A stretch of DNA of 64,000 bases from a virus (IMGVR_UViG_3300028797_000094:166524-230523), one strand, 5' to 3'. Shown: positions 42,225-53,317, counted from the stretch's first letter. The notes: generated by a model from the letters alone, not told the origin. A program made the numbers and translations.

Positions 42225-45224
42225 ATGAATGGCTTATTTGATAATTTAATTATACCAACGCAAGTTGATGTCAAAAAAACTTTAAGTAAAGCAAAAAATA
42301 AAAAGACAGATGATTTAGATATTGAAAAAGTAATTAAATCAAAATCTATTTCACTTGCAGAGAAACTTTCTGTAATTAACGAAAGAGTTTTAAGAGTTTT
42401 AGGCAAGCAAAAAGATAATGTTTTAGTTATTAAAGACCAACAAACTTTTGAAGATTATGTAACTAAAGCAATTAATTTTGGTCGTGTTGCAATAGATACT
42501 GAAACTAATAACTCAACAGATCCATGTGGTGCAGAAACTAAATTAATGGGTCTATGTTTATATTATGAAGGTGGCAAGCAAGCATATATTCCAGTTAATC
42601 ATACAGATTTTAACAAAAATAGATTAACTTGGCAATTAACAGAAGAAGACTGTCGCAAGCAATTACAAAGAATTCTTGATGCAAATATTATTAAAGTTAT
42701 GCACAATGGTAAGTTCGATTATGAAGTTATTTGTCAAACTTGTAATATTAGAGTTGCGCCAGATTGGGACACTTTAGTTGCAGCAAGATTAATTGATGAG
42801 AATAAATATTCTGAAAAAAGAACAAGTTTAAAATGGATTTATATTAATGAAATAGATCCAAGTCAAGAAAAATATTCTATTGATAAATTATTTGAAAATA
42901 TTCCTTATCAATATGTAGACCCAGATATTTTTGCTTTATATGCTGCCACAGACTCAATGATGACAGATAAAGTTTATGTTTGGGAATTGCCACAAATTGA
43001 AGCACAGGTTCCACATATTGAAAAAATTGGTGAAAATTATACACGTGAAGTTAAAGGTGGCGCTTGGTTATTTCATAATATTGAAATGCCTCTTGTTCAA
43101 GTTACTGCTGAAATGGAAATGGTTGGTGTTGAAATTGATGAAGAACTTGGTGCAAGATTAAAAGATAAATATAATAAGAAATTAGAATATCTTGATAGTG
43201 AAATTGATAAATTATTACAATCTTTAGACAAATTAATTGCAATTTGGAAGACAAAGAAAGTTGCAACAGTACAAAGTAAAGTTTATGCTCCAAAGAAAAC
43301 TAAAACTTCACCTGCAAAACTTGCTTTACAATATCCATGCACAGATAAAGATGGTAATAGATATAAAGTTGGTAAATCTAAAGCTTTACAATTAGAAACT
43401 CCAATTAATTTATCATCACCAGTTCAATTAGCAATTCTATTTTATGATATTTTATTAAAAGATGGCAGCACTTCACCTGATACAAAAGAAGAATTAGATA
43501 CTCCAGTTGAACAAATATTAGATGCAATTACAGCAGATGAAAATAGAAAAACTGGTAAAGATGATTTAAAAGCAATAAAAGAAAAGTTAGCTTTCTATAT
43601 TAATAAAGAAGATGACTTTGAAGAAGAGGAAGATGCTTTTAGTTTATTAGATGATGCTATTGAAAGAAATGATAGTAATAAAATTGAAACATTTAAGCGA
43701 ACAGTTGCAGCAGATCTTTGTAGTTTGCTATTAGAACGTCGTGGTTATGCAAAATTAATTACTACATATCTTGATACAATTCCAACTTTAGCTAAGCATT
43801 GGCCTGATAATAGAATTAGATTTAGATTAAATTCAACAGGAACTGATACAGGTCGTTATTCATCTGGCGGTAAATGGCACTGGCTTGATGAAAATGATAA
43901 TGATATTACAACTTCAGGAATTAATATTCAAAATATTCCTTCAAGAGGTGATGGTAAGATTACCAGAATGCTATTTAAAGCTAAAGATGGCTATAAGATT
44001 ATTGGATCAGACTATTCAGCACAAGAACCAAGATTATCAGCTTATATGTCGCGAGATGATAATATGATTAATGCATATTTAAATGGTCAAGACTTATATG
44101 CAGTTATTGCACAATCAATGTATGATAATAATTATGAAGATAATCTTGAATTTTATCCAGCAGGAACAGAATTAGATATTGATGGTCATAAAGTTATTGC
44201 TGGTAATAAAACTCATTTAAATAAAGCTGGTAAAGAACGTCGTGCAGCTGGTAAGACAATGCAACTTGCAACTTGTTATGGTATGTCAGGTGCAACAGCT
44301 GGCCAAAGAATGGGCAAATCTAAAGAAGAAGGCCAAGCTCTAATGGACAAGTTCTTTAGTAAATTCTCAAAATTAAAAACTGTTATTAATGATTCAAAAG
44401 AAAATTTACAAAAGATGGCTAAAGAATATAAAGACGCTAAGGTTAATCATTTAGAACATGAAGCTCCTTACGTTGAAGACTGGGTTGGTCGTCGTAGACA
44501 TTTACCAGATTATGTATTAGACCCATATGAAGTTCATTTAGAAAATGAATCTCCAGAATTTAATCCATTCTTAGTCTGTGAAGATAAACAAAATCCTGCT
44601 GACCTTGTATTAAAAGCTAAATGGGAGCAAGCAGTTAAAGATAAAGTTGCAGCTTCACAAGAATGGCAAAAGAAAAATAGACCTGGTTTTAAAGGAAATA
44701 ATGAAATGTCTAATACTGCACATAAAAAATTAGCCCAAGAAGCTTTACAAGAACATGTAATTATTAGAGCAAATACAGGAAGAATTGCACAAGCTGAACG
44801 TCAATGCTTTAATGCAAGAATTCAAGGTGGTGCTGCTTCTTTAACTAAATTAGCAATGGTCAATATCTTTAAAGATGAAAGATTAAGATCAATGGGTGCT
44901 TATTTAATTATTACAGTTCATGATGAAGTTCTAGTTGAATGCCCAGAACAATATGCTGATGAGGTTGAAAAGATTTTACCAGAAATTATGGTTAATACTG
45001 CTAAAGAAGTTGGTATTGATGTTCCAATGAAATGCGACCCATATAATGTTACAAGATGGTATTGTGATGAATATGCAGTAGCAATTCAAGATGAATATAA
45101 GAAACTTGAAAAATCTGGTTTATCTAAAGAAGAAGCATTAGATAAATTATATAATACACATACTGAATTGCCGCCAGCAGCAATTTTAAAGACAGTTGAA
45201 ACTGGTTGTGACTTAGATTTTTAA
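42225..45224 (+). CDS. polA: Family A DNA polymerase with 3'-5' exonuclease
   Basis: DTET, HNGKFD, YAATD, GRYSS, NIQNIP, DYSAQEPR, K..QLATCYG, NARIQG and VHDE motifs. All 13 Trp are TGG. Confidence 0.95.
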   Translation: MNGLFDNLIIPTQVDVKKTLSKAKNKKTDDLDIEKVIKSKSISLAEKLSVINERVLRVLGKQKDNVLVIKDQQTFEDYVTKAINFGRVAIDTETNNSTDPCGAETKLMGLCLYYEGGKQAYIPVNHTDFNKNRLTWQLTEEDCRKQLQRILDANIIKVMHNGKFDYEVICQTCNIRVAPDWDTLVAARLIDENKYSEKRTSLKWIYINEIDPSQEKYSIDKLFENIPYQYVDPDIFALYAATDSMMTDKVYVWELPQIEAQVPHIEKIGENYTREVKGGAWLFHNIEMPLVQVTAEMEMVGVEIDEELGARLKDKYNKKLEYLDSEIDKLLQSLDKLIAIWKTKKVATVQSKVYAPKKTKTSPAKLALQYPCTDKDGNRYKVGKSKALQLETPINLSSPVQLAILFYDILLKDGSTSPDTKEELDTPVEQILDAITADENRKTGKDDLKAIKEKLAFYINKEDDFEEEEDAFSLLDDAIERNDSNKIETFKRTVAADLCSLLLERRGYAKLITTYLDTIPTLAKHWPDNRIRFRLNSTGTDTGRYSSGGKWHWLDENDNDITTSGINIQNIPSRGDGKITRMLFKAKDGYKIIGSDYSAQEPRLSAYMSRDDNMINAYLNGQDLYAVIAQSMYDNNYEDNLEFYPAGTELDIDGHKVIAGNKTHLNKAGKERRAAGKTMQLATCYGMSGATAGQRMGKSKEEGQALMDKFFSKFSKLKTVINDSKENLQKMAKEYKDAKVNHLEHEAPYVEDWVGRRRHLPDYVLDPYEVHLENESPEFNPFLVCEDKQNPADLVLKAKWEQAVKDKVAASQEWQKKNRPGFKGNNEMSNTAHKKLAQEALQEHVIIRANTGRIAQAERQCFNARIQGGAASLTKLAMVNIFKDERLRSMGAYLIITVHDEVLVECPEQYADEVEKILPEIMVNTAKEVGIDVPMKCDPYNVTRWYCDEYAVAIQDEYKKLEKSGLSKEEALDKLYNTHTELPPAAILKTVETGCDLDF

Positions 45225-45233
45225 GGAGACGCC

Positions 45234-45560
45234 ATGAGAAAAGCAAAATTTAAAAAATATTGGATAGATGAATGGCCAGAACCAGTAGCTTCTAATGAAT
45301 ATGATAAAGAAGTAGAGCAAGAAAAGACATCAGATAAAATACATTATGAATTATTATTAGCTTTTAATGGAAATTGTGAAATTAATAATAAAGTATATTC
45401 TAATGATGAATTAAAAAAATATGCTAATGAATGTTATACTATTGGTCAAAAAATAAAAGTTAATAATGTTTATGATGGCTTTGAAAGTGCATATATAGGT
45501 GTTTTATTAGAGCTTGTTGAAAGACCAGCAGGCATCTATGGTAAAATACTTGAAGATTAG
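45234..45560 (+). CDS. Hypothetical protein
   Basis: AAGGAG RBS. Confidence 0.55.
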   Translation: MRKAKFKKYWIDEWPEPVASNEYDKEVEQEKTSDKIHYELLLAFNGNCEINNKVYSNDELKKYANECYTIGQKIKVNNVYDGFESAYIGVLLELVERPAGIYGKILED

Positions 45561-45615
45561 ATTTCTAACAAAAATATTGTATAATAATATATAATCGGAA
45601 GGAAAAAAATACAAA

Positions 45616-46752
45616 ATGATTTTAAATTTAAAAGATTTTCAAAATGTTGCAAAAGTTATTTTACCTGCAGTCGATAACAAAGATGCTAAGGCTGCAAATC
45701 TTGAATTAGTTGCAAAAGATAATGTATTATCTTTAAATGTAACAAATTTAGAGTATTATGTTTCAGTTAAATTTGCATTAACTTCAAGTGAAAGTTTCAG
45801 AGCAGTAGTTAAAGCTCAACAATTCTTAGATTTAATTGCATCACTTTCTGTTGATGAAATTGAATTAACTATTGAAGCTACAGCTGTTAAGATTACTGCT
45901 GGTAAATCTAATTATAAATTAGCCATGATTTATGAAAATGGTGATTTAATGGATTTACCTGTTATTAGCGTTGATAATAAAACTGTTGAAATGTCAATTA
46001 GTAATGATATTCTTCAAAGTATTTTAACAGTTAATAGTAAAGAACTATTAAAAGCTAAAACTTTAGACAAAGATAAATTAAATGAACTTCAAAAATCTTA
46101 TTATGTAACTGAAGAAGGCTGTTTTACATTTGTAACTGGTTCATGTTTAAATGCTTTTACATTAGAAAAGCCAATTAAAATGTTATTAAATGATAGAGTT
46201 GTTAAGTTATTTAAGTTATTCAGCACAGATGTTAACTTTAGTTTTGGTTATGATGCTTTACCAAATGGTGTTGTTCAAACAAAAGTTGTTTTTGAAGCAG
46301 AAAATATCTATTTAGCAGCAATTATTGTTAATAATGATATCTTATTAAATCAAATTTTAGGTCCATATAATGCAACTAAAAATTATTTAAATGAAAATTA
46401 TGCAAATAAATTAGTTGTTTCAGTTAATGGTTTAAATTCAGCCATCACAAGAATTATGTCATTTGGTAAAGATGATGGTGCTGGCACATCTAAAATGTTT
46501 GCAGCAGTATTTACAATTGATAATAATGATTTAATTATTACTGATAATCTTGGTAACAATGAAGCAGTTAAAATTGAAAATAATACTATTGCAGATGCTA
46601 AGTATAAGATGACTTTGAACTTAAATGATATTAAATTATTATTAGATGCTTGTTCATCAGACTTTATTACTTTAAATTTTGGTAACCATAAGTCAGTAGT
46701 ATTTAATAGAACAAATATTTCTAACTTAGTGCCAGAATTGGCCTTAGCTTAA
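45616..46752 (+). CDS. dnaN: Probable beta sliding clamp (DnaN-like)
   Basis: 378 aa with a three-domain beta-rich pattern (TNLE, LNLNDIKLLL), in a replication module that also holds a clamp loader. Confidence 0.65.
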   Translation: MILNLKDFQNVAKVILPAVDNKDAKAANLELVAKDNVLSLNVTNLEYYVSVKFALTSSESFRAVVKAQQFLDLIASLSVDEIELTIEATAVKITAGKSNYKLAMIYENGDLMDLPVISVDNKTVEMSISNDILQSILTVNSKELLKAKTLDKDKLNELQKSYYVTEEGCFTFVTGSCLNAFTLEKPIKMLLNDRVVKLFKLFSTDVNFSFGYDALPNGVVQTKVVFEAENIYLAAIIVNNDILLNQILGPYNATKNYLNENYANKLVVSVNGLNSAITRIMSFGKDDGAGTSKMFAAVFTIDNNDLIITDNLGNNEAVKIENNTIADAKYKMTLNLNDIKLLLDACSSDFITLNFGNHKSVVFNRTNISNLVPELALA

Positions 46753-46753
46753 T

Positions 46754-47251
46754 ATGTCAAAGACTGATTTAGGAAAACAATTTGAAGCTGTATTTAGATT
46801 ACAGTGGAAAAAATGCTTTCCAAACACTTTAGTTTTTAGACTAAAAGATTTGATGAACGGATATAAAGATACCAGTCAGAATCCATGCGATTTTTTATGC
46901 TTTCCAGGTCATAATAGATTATTTATGGTTGAATGCAAAGAGCATAAAGGCGCATCAATTCCATTTTCTACAATACCACAATATGAAAGATTATTAGAAT
47001 ATAAAGATTATTTTGATGTTTATCCTGGTATTTTAGTTTGGTTATCTGAAAAAGATACTGTTTTTTGGGTGCCAATATCAGAAATGGAAAAAATGGTTAA
47101 TGATGGTCTGAAATCAGTTGGAATAAGTGCTATAAATGAAAAGAAATATAATATAGTAGTTATTCCTTCTGAAAAAAAGCGTGTTTATATGGATACAGAT
47201 TATACTTATTTATTAAAAGTTAACCAAAATGGTGAGGTGTGTGATGAATAA
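46754..47251 (+). CDS. recU: RecU-like Holliday junction resolvase
   Basis: GKQFE, PCDF, ECKE and HQ-equivalent PQYERL motifs. Confidence 0.65.
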   Translation: MSKTDLGKQFEAVFRLQWKKCFPNTLVFRLKDLMNGYKDTSQNPCDFLCFPGHNRLFMVECKEHKGASIPFSTIPQYERLLEYKDYFDVYPGILVWLSEKDTVFWVPISEMEKMVNDGLKSVGISAINEKKYNIVVIPSEKKRVYMDTDYTYLLKVNQNGEVCDE

Positions 47252-47768
47252 AAAACTTCAAGATGCTTTAGAAGTAGTTGATACTACTTATTTTGACATT
47301 GTTGACATTGCAAATGGTGCAGTTAAACCAATTACTCAAGAAGTAGATGATTTAGTTAAAACAATTAATTTAACTGTTAATAGTTTATCTATTGATCAAA
47401 TTCGAGATTATATCCTAAGACTTCAATTAAAAGCATTTGAACTAAGTGAAATTAAAGAAAAGTCTGCATTAAAAGCAGAACTTGCAGAAGCTTTACAAAA
47501 AGAAAAATATGCAGTTCGTTTTAATGCATTAGAAGGTTCAGCAGCAGTTAAAGATAAATTAGCTATTGTTGAAACTGCTCCAGAAGTTGTTTCAGAAGCT
47601 TTTTATAACTTAATTGCTAACTTATTTAAGACAAAACTTGATCAAATTCATCGACTTGTTGATGCACTTAAATCAATTTTAATGAGTAGAATGCAAGAAA
47701 CTAAATTTATGAATATTGGAATTGACAATAGTATTCCTGCCACAACTAATGGCAAGGTTAATTTATAA
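47244..47768 (+). CDS. Helical hypothetical protein, possible recombination accessory factor
   Basis: GAGG RBS; coiled-coil character; directly upstream of recA. Confidence 0.5.
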   Translation: MNKKLQDALEVVDTTYFDIVDIANGAVKPITQEVDDLVKTINLTVNSLSIDQIRDYILRLQLKAFELSEIKEKSALKAELAEALQKEKYAVRFNALEGSAAVKDKLAIVETAPEVVSEAFYNLIANLFKTKLDQIHRLVDALKSILMSRMQETKFMNIGIDNSIPATTNGKVNL

Positions 47769-47778
47769 GGAGATTTAA

Positions 47779-48933
47779 ATGGCAAGTATTACTGAAATTG
47801 TAAAAAAATTAAATAAAGAATATAAAACTGATAATTTAATTATTAAAAGTAGCATTTTACCTAAGTATGAGCGTTTAGCAACATCTGCATTAGGCATGGA
47901 CTACCCACTTTTTGGTGGCCTTCCATTAGGTCGTATTTGTGTTTATTCTGGATTACAACATTCTGGAAAGACAACAGCTGCATGCGCTGAATTAGCTGCT
48001 TATCAAAGAAAATTTCCTGATAAGCAATGTGTTTATGTTGATGCAGAACACTCGCTAGATTTAAAGTTTCAAGCAGCAATGAATGGAATTGACTTAGATA
48101 AACTTTTATATGTTAATGTCCCAGCAGGTATGTCTGGTGAGCAAGTGTGTGATTTAATTGTTGAACTACAAAAATCTGATGAAATTGGAATGATTATTTT
48201 AGATAGTATGCCTGCACTGCTACCTGCAGCTGTGCTAGAAAACGATTTAACTAAAGATAATGGTATGCGTGGAACTCTTGCAAAAAAACTATATCCATTT
48301 TTAAATGAAATGCAAGCAATGTTAGCAGAAAAAAATAATATTTTAATTTTAATTAATCAAGTTCGTGATGATGGTAAGACTTTTACAGGTATTCAAAAAT
48401 GGAAAGAACCAATGGGTGGTGCACCTCAATTTTTATCTTCAGTATCTGTAAGATTTGGAACTCGTAAGTTTACACAAGGTGATAATATGGATGCTTGTGG
48501 TGCAACTAATGGTGAAGGTGCTGATGGTTTTAGACTTCAATTTAAGATTATGAAGAATAAAACAGCTCCATGCAACAGAGGTGGCGGTTTTATTACTTAT
48601 CGTTATGCAACTGGCTTAGACTGGATGAATGATTTACTTGAAATTGCAATTGGCTTTGATTTTATTCATCGTGTTAATAATGTTACATATGAACTTATTA
48701 ATTTAGAAACTGGTGAAGTATATCAAGATGAAAATGGTAATGATCTACGTGGCAAAAAAGCTGATTTAATTGAATATATTAAAACAAATATAAAATTCCA
48801 AGTAGAGTATTTAGCTATGTTAAACAGATATATTAGTGCTAATGATGCTTCATATGGCTCATTATTAGATGAAAGAGCAGCTGCAGAAATTGATGCTCAA
48901 GAGGCAGCTGTTGAACAAACTGAAAGTTTTTAA
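47779..48933 (+). CDS. recA: RecA-family recombinase
   Basis: GGLPLGRI, GLQHSGKTT, YVDAEH, IILDS, INQVR and KNKTAP motifs. Confidence 0.95.
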   Translation: MASITEIVKKLNKEYKTDNLIIKSSILPKYERLATSALGMDYPLFGGLPLGRICVYSGLQHSGKTTAACAELAAYQRKFPDKQCVYVDAEHSLDLKFQAAMNGIDLDKLLYVNVPAGMSGEQVCDLIVELQKSDEIGMIILDSMPALLPAAVLENDLTKDNGMRGTLAKKLYPFLNEMQAMLAEKNNILILINQVRDDGKTFTGIQKWKEPMGGAPQFLSSVSVRFGTRKFTQGDNMDACGATNGEGADGFRLQFKIMKNKTAPCNRGGGFITYRYATGLDWMNDLLEIAIGFDFIHRVNNVTYELINLETGEVYQDENGNDLRGKKADLIEYIKTNIKFQVEYLAMLNRYISANDASYGSLLDERAAAEIDAQEAAVEQTESF

Positions 48934-49011
48934 TAAGAGCCTTGTGAAATTACAAAGTTCCTGATAAATATTTGCTAATTTTATTAAAATAAATAAATAT
49001 AAGGATTAATT

Positions 49012-49380
49012 ATGGCAATAGAGTTGATACGTAGAGAAAAAGAAGGTAAAAAAATACCAACAAGAACTTTTTCGAAAAAGCAAGAAACTAAAATCGCTAA
49101 TGAGACTGGTGGTAGCAGAACTCCAAATAGTGGTGCTACTGCCTGGTCAAAAGGTGATGTTTTAACAGAACAATTTTTATTAGAAGCAAAAACAAAAACT
49201 ACTCATTCTGAATCAATTACAATTAAGAAAGAATGGTTTACAAAAAATATACAAGAAGCTGTTTTTATGGGCAAACCATATTCAGCATTAGTATTTAATT
49301 TTGGTCCTGATGAAGAAAATTATTATGTTATTGATGAATATCTTTTTCAGGAACTATTAGAATATTTAAATAATAAATAA
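49012..49380 (+). CDS. Small PD-(D/E)XK nuclease, Hjc-like resolvase
   Basis: SGA..KGDV....LLEAKT motif. Confidence 0.65.
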   Translation: MAIELIRREKEGKKIPTRTFSKKQETKIANETGGSRTPNSGATAWSKGDVLTEQFLLEAKTKTTHSESITIKKEWFTKNIQEAVFMGKPYSALVFNFGPDEENYYVIDEYLFQELLEYLNNK

Positions 49381-49390
49381 AGGTGGTTAC

Positions 49391-50041
49391 ATGAATAAAA
49401 AACAAAATAGTCTTCCAGAAGAACTTTTAGAAGGAATTTTAGCAGGTTTACCAGAAGGTGTTGCTAATATGCAATTACCAGATAATAATTTACGTGATTA
49501 TTATCGAGATGAGGCTGAGAGAATTGTTTGAATTGATGATCAAGTTGAAGGCGATTCACTTAAAGTAGTTGAAAAAATCTTAAAATATAATCGTGAAGAT
49601 TTTAATATTCCTGTTGAAGAAAGAAAACCAATTAAGATTTTTGTAGATACTCCAGGTGGTTCTGTAATTGTTATGTGGTCAATTGTTAATGCAATTAAAA
49701 TGAGCAAAACTCCAGTTTGGACAATAAATTGGTGTACAGCTTATTCAGCAGGTGCAATTATTTTAGCTGCAGGACATAAACGTTTTGCAATGCCAGGCTC
49801 AACTGCATTAGTTCATTCAGGAAGCTGTTATTATAGTGGTAATCAAGAACAAGTTGATAATGCTAAGAAGTTCTTTGATAAAATCGGTAAAGAAGCAGAC
49901 GATTTCTTACTATCAAGAACTAAGATTGACAAGAAAACATTTAATAAGAAAAAAGCTGGCGACTGGTATTTTAATACTCAAGAAAGTCTTGATAATGGTC
50001 TTGTCGATAAAATCATTGAATCTTTTGATGAAATATTATAA
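49391..50041 (+). CDS. clpP: ClpP-like protease, 216 aa (one TGA at codon 47)
   Basis: RIV[TGA]IDD, DTPGGS, AYSAG (Ser), LVH (His) and DWYF (Asp). The track ORF begins mid-protein. Confidence 0.85.
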
Positions 50042-50095
50042 AAATTAGACCATTTTTGGTCTTTTTTTATTGTATAATATATATGAGGTATTGTT

Positions 50096-50458
50096 ATGTC
50101 TGATTATATTAAAAAACAATTACAAAAATGTGCTTGGGCTAATTTAAATAATTATGATCCAAATACAAATACATATCATATTCCAAAATATTCAAAACCT
50201 GTATTTAAGGTTGGTGGAACTTATATTGTAAAACTGCCAATAGATGTTGTTAATAATAAAGATAGTATTTTAGCAACAAACTGGAATAATGGTTTAGCTC
50301 CAAAATATCAATATTTAAAGATATATATTTCAAAAATGCTTGGAGCAAATATTTATGTAGATTCAATTGGTTTTGATATTAATACTAATCAAGATATAAA
50401 TGATATATTTAGTGGTTGGTTAGATGCAACTACTTTAGAACAAATAGCAATTTTATAA
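50096..50458 (+). CDS. Hypothetical protein
   Basis: GAGG RBS; TTGTATAAT at 50070. Confidence 0.6.
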   Translation: MSDYIKKQLQKCAWANLNNYDPNTNTYHIPKYSKPVFKVGGTYIVKLPIDVVNNKDSILATNWNNGLAPKYQYLKIYISKMLGANIYVDSIGFDINTNQDINDIFSGWLDATTLEQIAIL

Positions 50459-50469
50459 GAGGTGATAAA

Positions 50470-51498
50470 ATGTCATTAGCTGTTAAATATAGACCACAAA
50501 CTTTTGCTGAAGTAACTGAACAAAGTGTTACTGTTAAAATCTTAGAAAAAGTTATTGAGCAAAAAAGCTTTAAAAATGTATATTTATTCTCAGGCAAAAC
50601 TGGTGCTGGTAAAACAACAATTGCACGTATTTTTGCAAAAGCAATAAATGGTGGAATTGGTGATCCTATTGAATTAGACTGTGCATCAAATAATGGTGTA
50701 GATGATGTTCGTTCAATTATGGAAAAAGCAAGCCAAAGAGCATTAGTTGGTGAATATAAAATATTTATCTTAGATGAATGTCATGCATTTACAACTCAAG
50801 GTTGGCAAGCATTTTTAAAGGGAATTGAAGAAACTCCAAAATATACAATTTTTATCTTTTGCACAACTGAGCCAAATAAGATTCCAGCAACAGTTTTAAA
50901 TAGAATGCAAAGATATAATTTTGCTAATATTTCAGTAGCTGGTATTCGTGAAAGATTAGAATATATTTGTAAGCAAGAAGGCTTCACAAATTATGAAGAT
51001 ACTTGTGATATTATTGCAAAAATTAGCCAAGGCTCAATGCGTGATGCAATTACAAGTTTAGAGCAATGTGCAGATTTATCAACTGATTTAAGTCTTGAAA
51101 ATACTAAAGATTTACTTGGTGATTTCTCATATGAAATTATGATGAAATTTACTAATTATTTAATTGATAAAAATGAAGCTGAAATAATTAAGTTTATTGA
51201 AAAGATGTATAATTCTGGTCGTGATTTAAAAGTATTTGTAAATTCATATTTAGATTTTCTTTTAGACTTAGTTAAATATATCTTATTTAGAGATATTAAT
51301 TTAACTACAATTCCAAGTTATTTAGAATATACCCAAGATAATTCAATTAATATAAATTATACAGTTGGTAATGGAACTGAAGGTCTTAGTTTCTTTAATA
51401 ACTTAGCAGATTTATTTTTAGATATTAAAACAACTATTAAAAATGATCCTTCTTATAAATCAACTATTATTACAAAATTACTTAAAGTGGTGAGATAA
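50470..51498 (+). CDS. dnaX: Clamp loader gamma/tau-like subunit
   Basis: KYRPQTF, GKTGAGKTTIARI, ELDCASNNGVDDVR, ILDECH and GSMRDA motifs. Confidence 0.9.
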   Translation: MSLAVKYRPQTFAEVTEQSVTVKILEKVIEQKSFKNVYLFSGKTGAGKTTIARIFAKAINGGIGDPIELDCASNNGVDDVRSIMEKASQRALVGEYKIFILDECHAFTTQGWQAFLKGIEETPKYTIFIFCTTEPNKIPATVLNRMQRYNFANISVAGIRERLEYICKQEGFTNYEDTCDIIAKISQGSMRDAITSLEQCADLSTDLSLENTKDLLGDFSYEIMMKFTNYLIDKNEAEIIKFIEKMYNSGRDLKVFVNSYLDFLLDLVKYILFRDINLTTIPSYLEYTQDNSININYTVGNGTEGLSFFNNLADLFLDIKTTIKNDPSYKSTIITKLLKVVR

Positions 51499-52310
51499 TG
51501 ATTGTCGGACAAAAAAAGCTATTACAAAAATTAGATAGCTATACAATTAAAAATGTCCCAAAAACAATATTATTCTTGGGAGAAGAAGGTTGTGGTAAAA
51601 GAACATTGGCTAAGTATTTGGCAAATAGACTTGATTTAAAGTTTGTAGAACTTGATACTGCACCAACTCCTGAAGAAATAAGTGGTTATCAATATGCAGT
51701 TTTAGGAACATTATATTTAATTGATTTAAGAAAATTCTTAACAAAAGAAGGCAAAGCTCAAAATGCATTTTTAAAGTTTATTGAAGAGCCAGGTGAAAAT
51801 GCTTTTATTGTTTTAACAGCAAATTCAGAAATTGGTGTTTTACCAACTATTTTAAATAGATGTACAAAAATGTATTTTGAAAGCTATACAGCAGAAGAAT
51901 TAAAGCAAACTCAATGGCTTGAAACTTCTACAGATGATGTTATTTATAAAATATGTAGAACACCTGGACAAGTATTAAATACAAGTGTTGAAGATGTTAA
52001 AAAAGCATATGATTTAAGTCAAGTAGTTTTAAATCATATAGCAGAATTAACATATCCAAGAATACTATCAGTTGCTTTACATATTAATGATAAATGGCAT
52101 GAAGATAGACTTACATTTGAGTTATTTTTAAATACTTTAATTTATGCTTCTTTTGATAGCTTTTTAAAAACTTCAAGAAGAACAGATTTAATTATCTATA
52201 ACTGTGCTGCAAAAGCTTTACAAACACAAGTTATTATTGGTGGTTTGGAAGAACATTTATTAGTTAATTTACTAACTAATATTTACGATGAGGTGCACGC
52301 ATGCAATTAA
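51498..52310 (+). CDS. holB: Clamp loader delta-prime-like subunit
   Basis: GEEGCGKR, NAFLKFIEEP and LPTILNRC motifs. Confidence 0.75.
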   Translation: MIVGQKKLLQKLDSYTIKNVPKTILFLGEEGCGKRTLAKYLANRLDLKFVELDTAPTPEEISGYQYAVLGTLYLIDLRKFLTKEGKAQNAFLKFIEEPGENAFIVLTANSEIGVLPTILNRCTKMYFESYTAEELKQTQWLETSTDDVIYKICRTPGQVLNTSVEDVKKAYDLSQVVLNHIAELTYPRILSVALHINDKWHEDRLTFELFLNTLIYASFDSFLKTSRRTDLIIYNCAAKALQTQVIIGGLEEHLLVNLLTNIYDEVHACN

Positions 52311-53230
52311 TCGATTTAAAAAGAAGTATTAAAGACCAAGATCTTACTGATGATTTCTTAATTTTTGTTTGTCCAGAAACTGATTTTTTGGCAAAGCAAT
52401 ATATTGAAGAAATTAGTAGAATTAAGAATATTACAATAAATAAAATTAATTCATTGCAAGAAACTTTAACTTCTGCAATTTCATTAGTATTTAATTATGA
52501 ATCATATTTAAATCTTTTAGCAGTAGATAATTTTGATGAGAAATTTACTGATTATTCACAATTTACAAATACTATTGTTTTGTGCAAAAAAGTTGATAAA
52601 TCAATAACTGCAAGAGTTAATGATTATTGTGTTAATTTTAATATGCCAGAACCTTGGCAAATAGTTGAATATATAAAAACTACTTGTAAAGGTCTTGATC
52701 AAAATCATGCAGAAAGATTATACAATTGCTGTGCACGATTAGATAAAGATAATAAGTTAAAAGTAGATTTATATAGAATTGAAAATGAATTAGATAAAAT
52801 TAAATTATTTGATGAAAAAGAAAGAAACAGTTTAGTTGAAGCTTTATTATTAGCTGAAAATACTGATTTAGTTCAACAAGTAAAGACTTATGATTTAATT
52901 GATGCTATTATTAAAAATGATAAAAAGTTTATACATGATGCTTGGCGAGTTCGTGATTACTGTGATTTTCAAGCAACTTATTTAACTGCTCTATTGGTAC
53001 CAAAACTTAGAGATGCTTGTTTAGTTTTGGCACCAACTGCAAAGCCAGAGGTTATGAAGATTTCACCAAAAGCATTTTATTATTTAAGAAATAACCCAGT
53101 CAATGTTGACCGTGCAAGAAAGATTTTAAAATTCGTTTCTGATATAGATCGAAAGATAAAAGAAGGTCAATTAGATTTAGAAGAATATCAAAAAGAAGAT
53201 TACATTTTATGCCAAATTTTAGGCCTTTAA
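52301..53230 (+). CDS. holA: Clamp loader delta-like subunit
   Basis: Follows dnaX and holB; NELDKIKLF and D..IK.G motifs. Confidence 0.55.
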   Translation: MQLIDLKRSIKDQDLTDDFLIFVCPETDFLAKQYIEEISRIKNITINKINSLQETLTSAISLVFNYESYLNLLAVDNFDEKFTDYSQFTNTIVLCKKVDKSITARVNDYCVNFNMPEPWQIVEYIKTTCKGLDQNHAERLYNCCARLDKDNKLKVDLYRIENELDKIKLFDEKERNSLVEALLLAENTDLVQQVKTYDLIDAIIKNDKKFIHDAWRVRDYCDFQATYLTALLVPKLRDACLVLAPTAKPEVMKISPKAFYYLRNNPVNVDRARKILKFVSDIDRKIKEGQLDLEEYQKEDYILCQILGL

Positions 53231-53317
53231 AGCCAGGCTATAAAGTGCTAACAAAAATATCAAAAATGCGATATAGGCCAAATTTTGGGCTTTATTTCAA
53301 GATTAAAAGGTAAGTAT

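Noticed and set aside
42225-48933. Inteins in PolA, DnaB or RecA
   Set aside because: I saw no Cys/Ser-start to His-Asn-end splice blocks or LAGLIDADG motifs. The extra PolA length consists of dispersed insertions.
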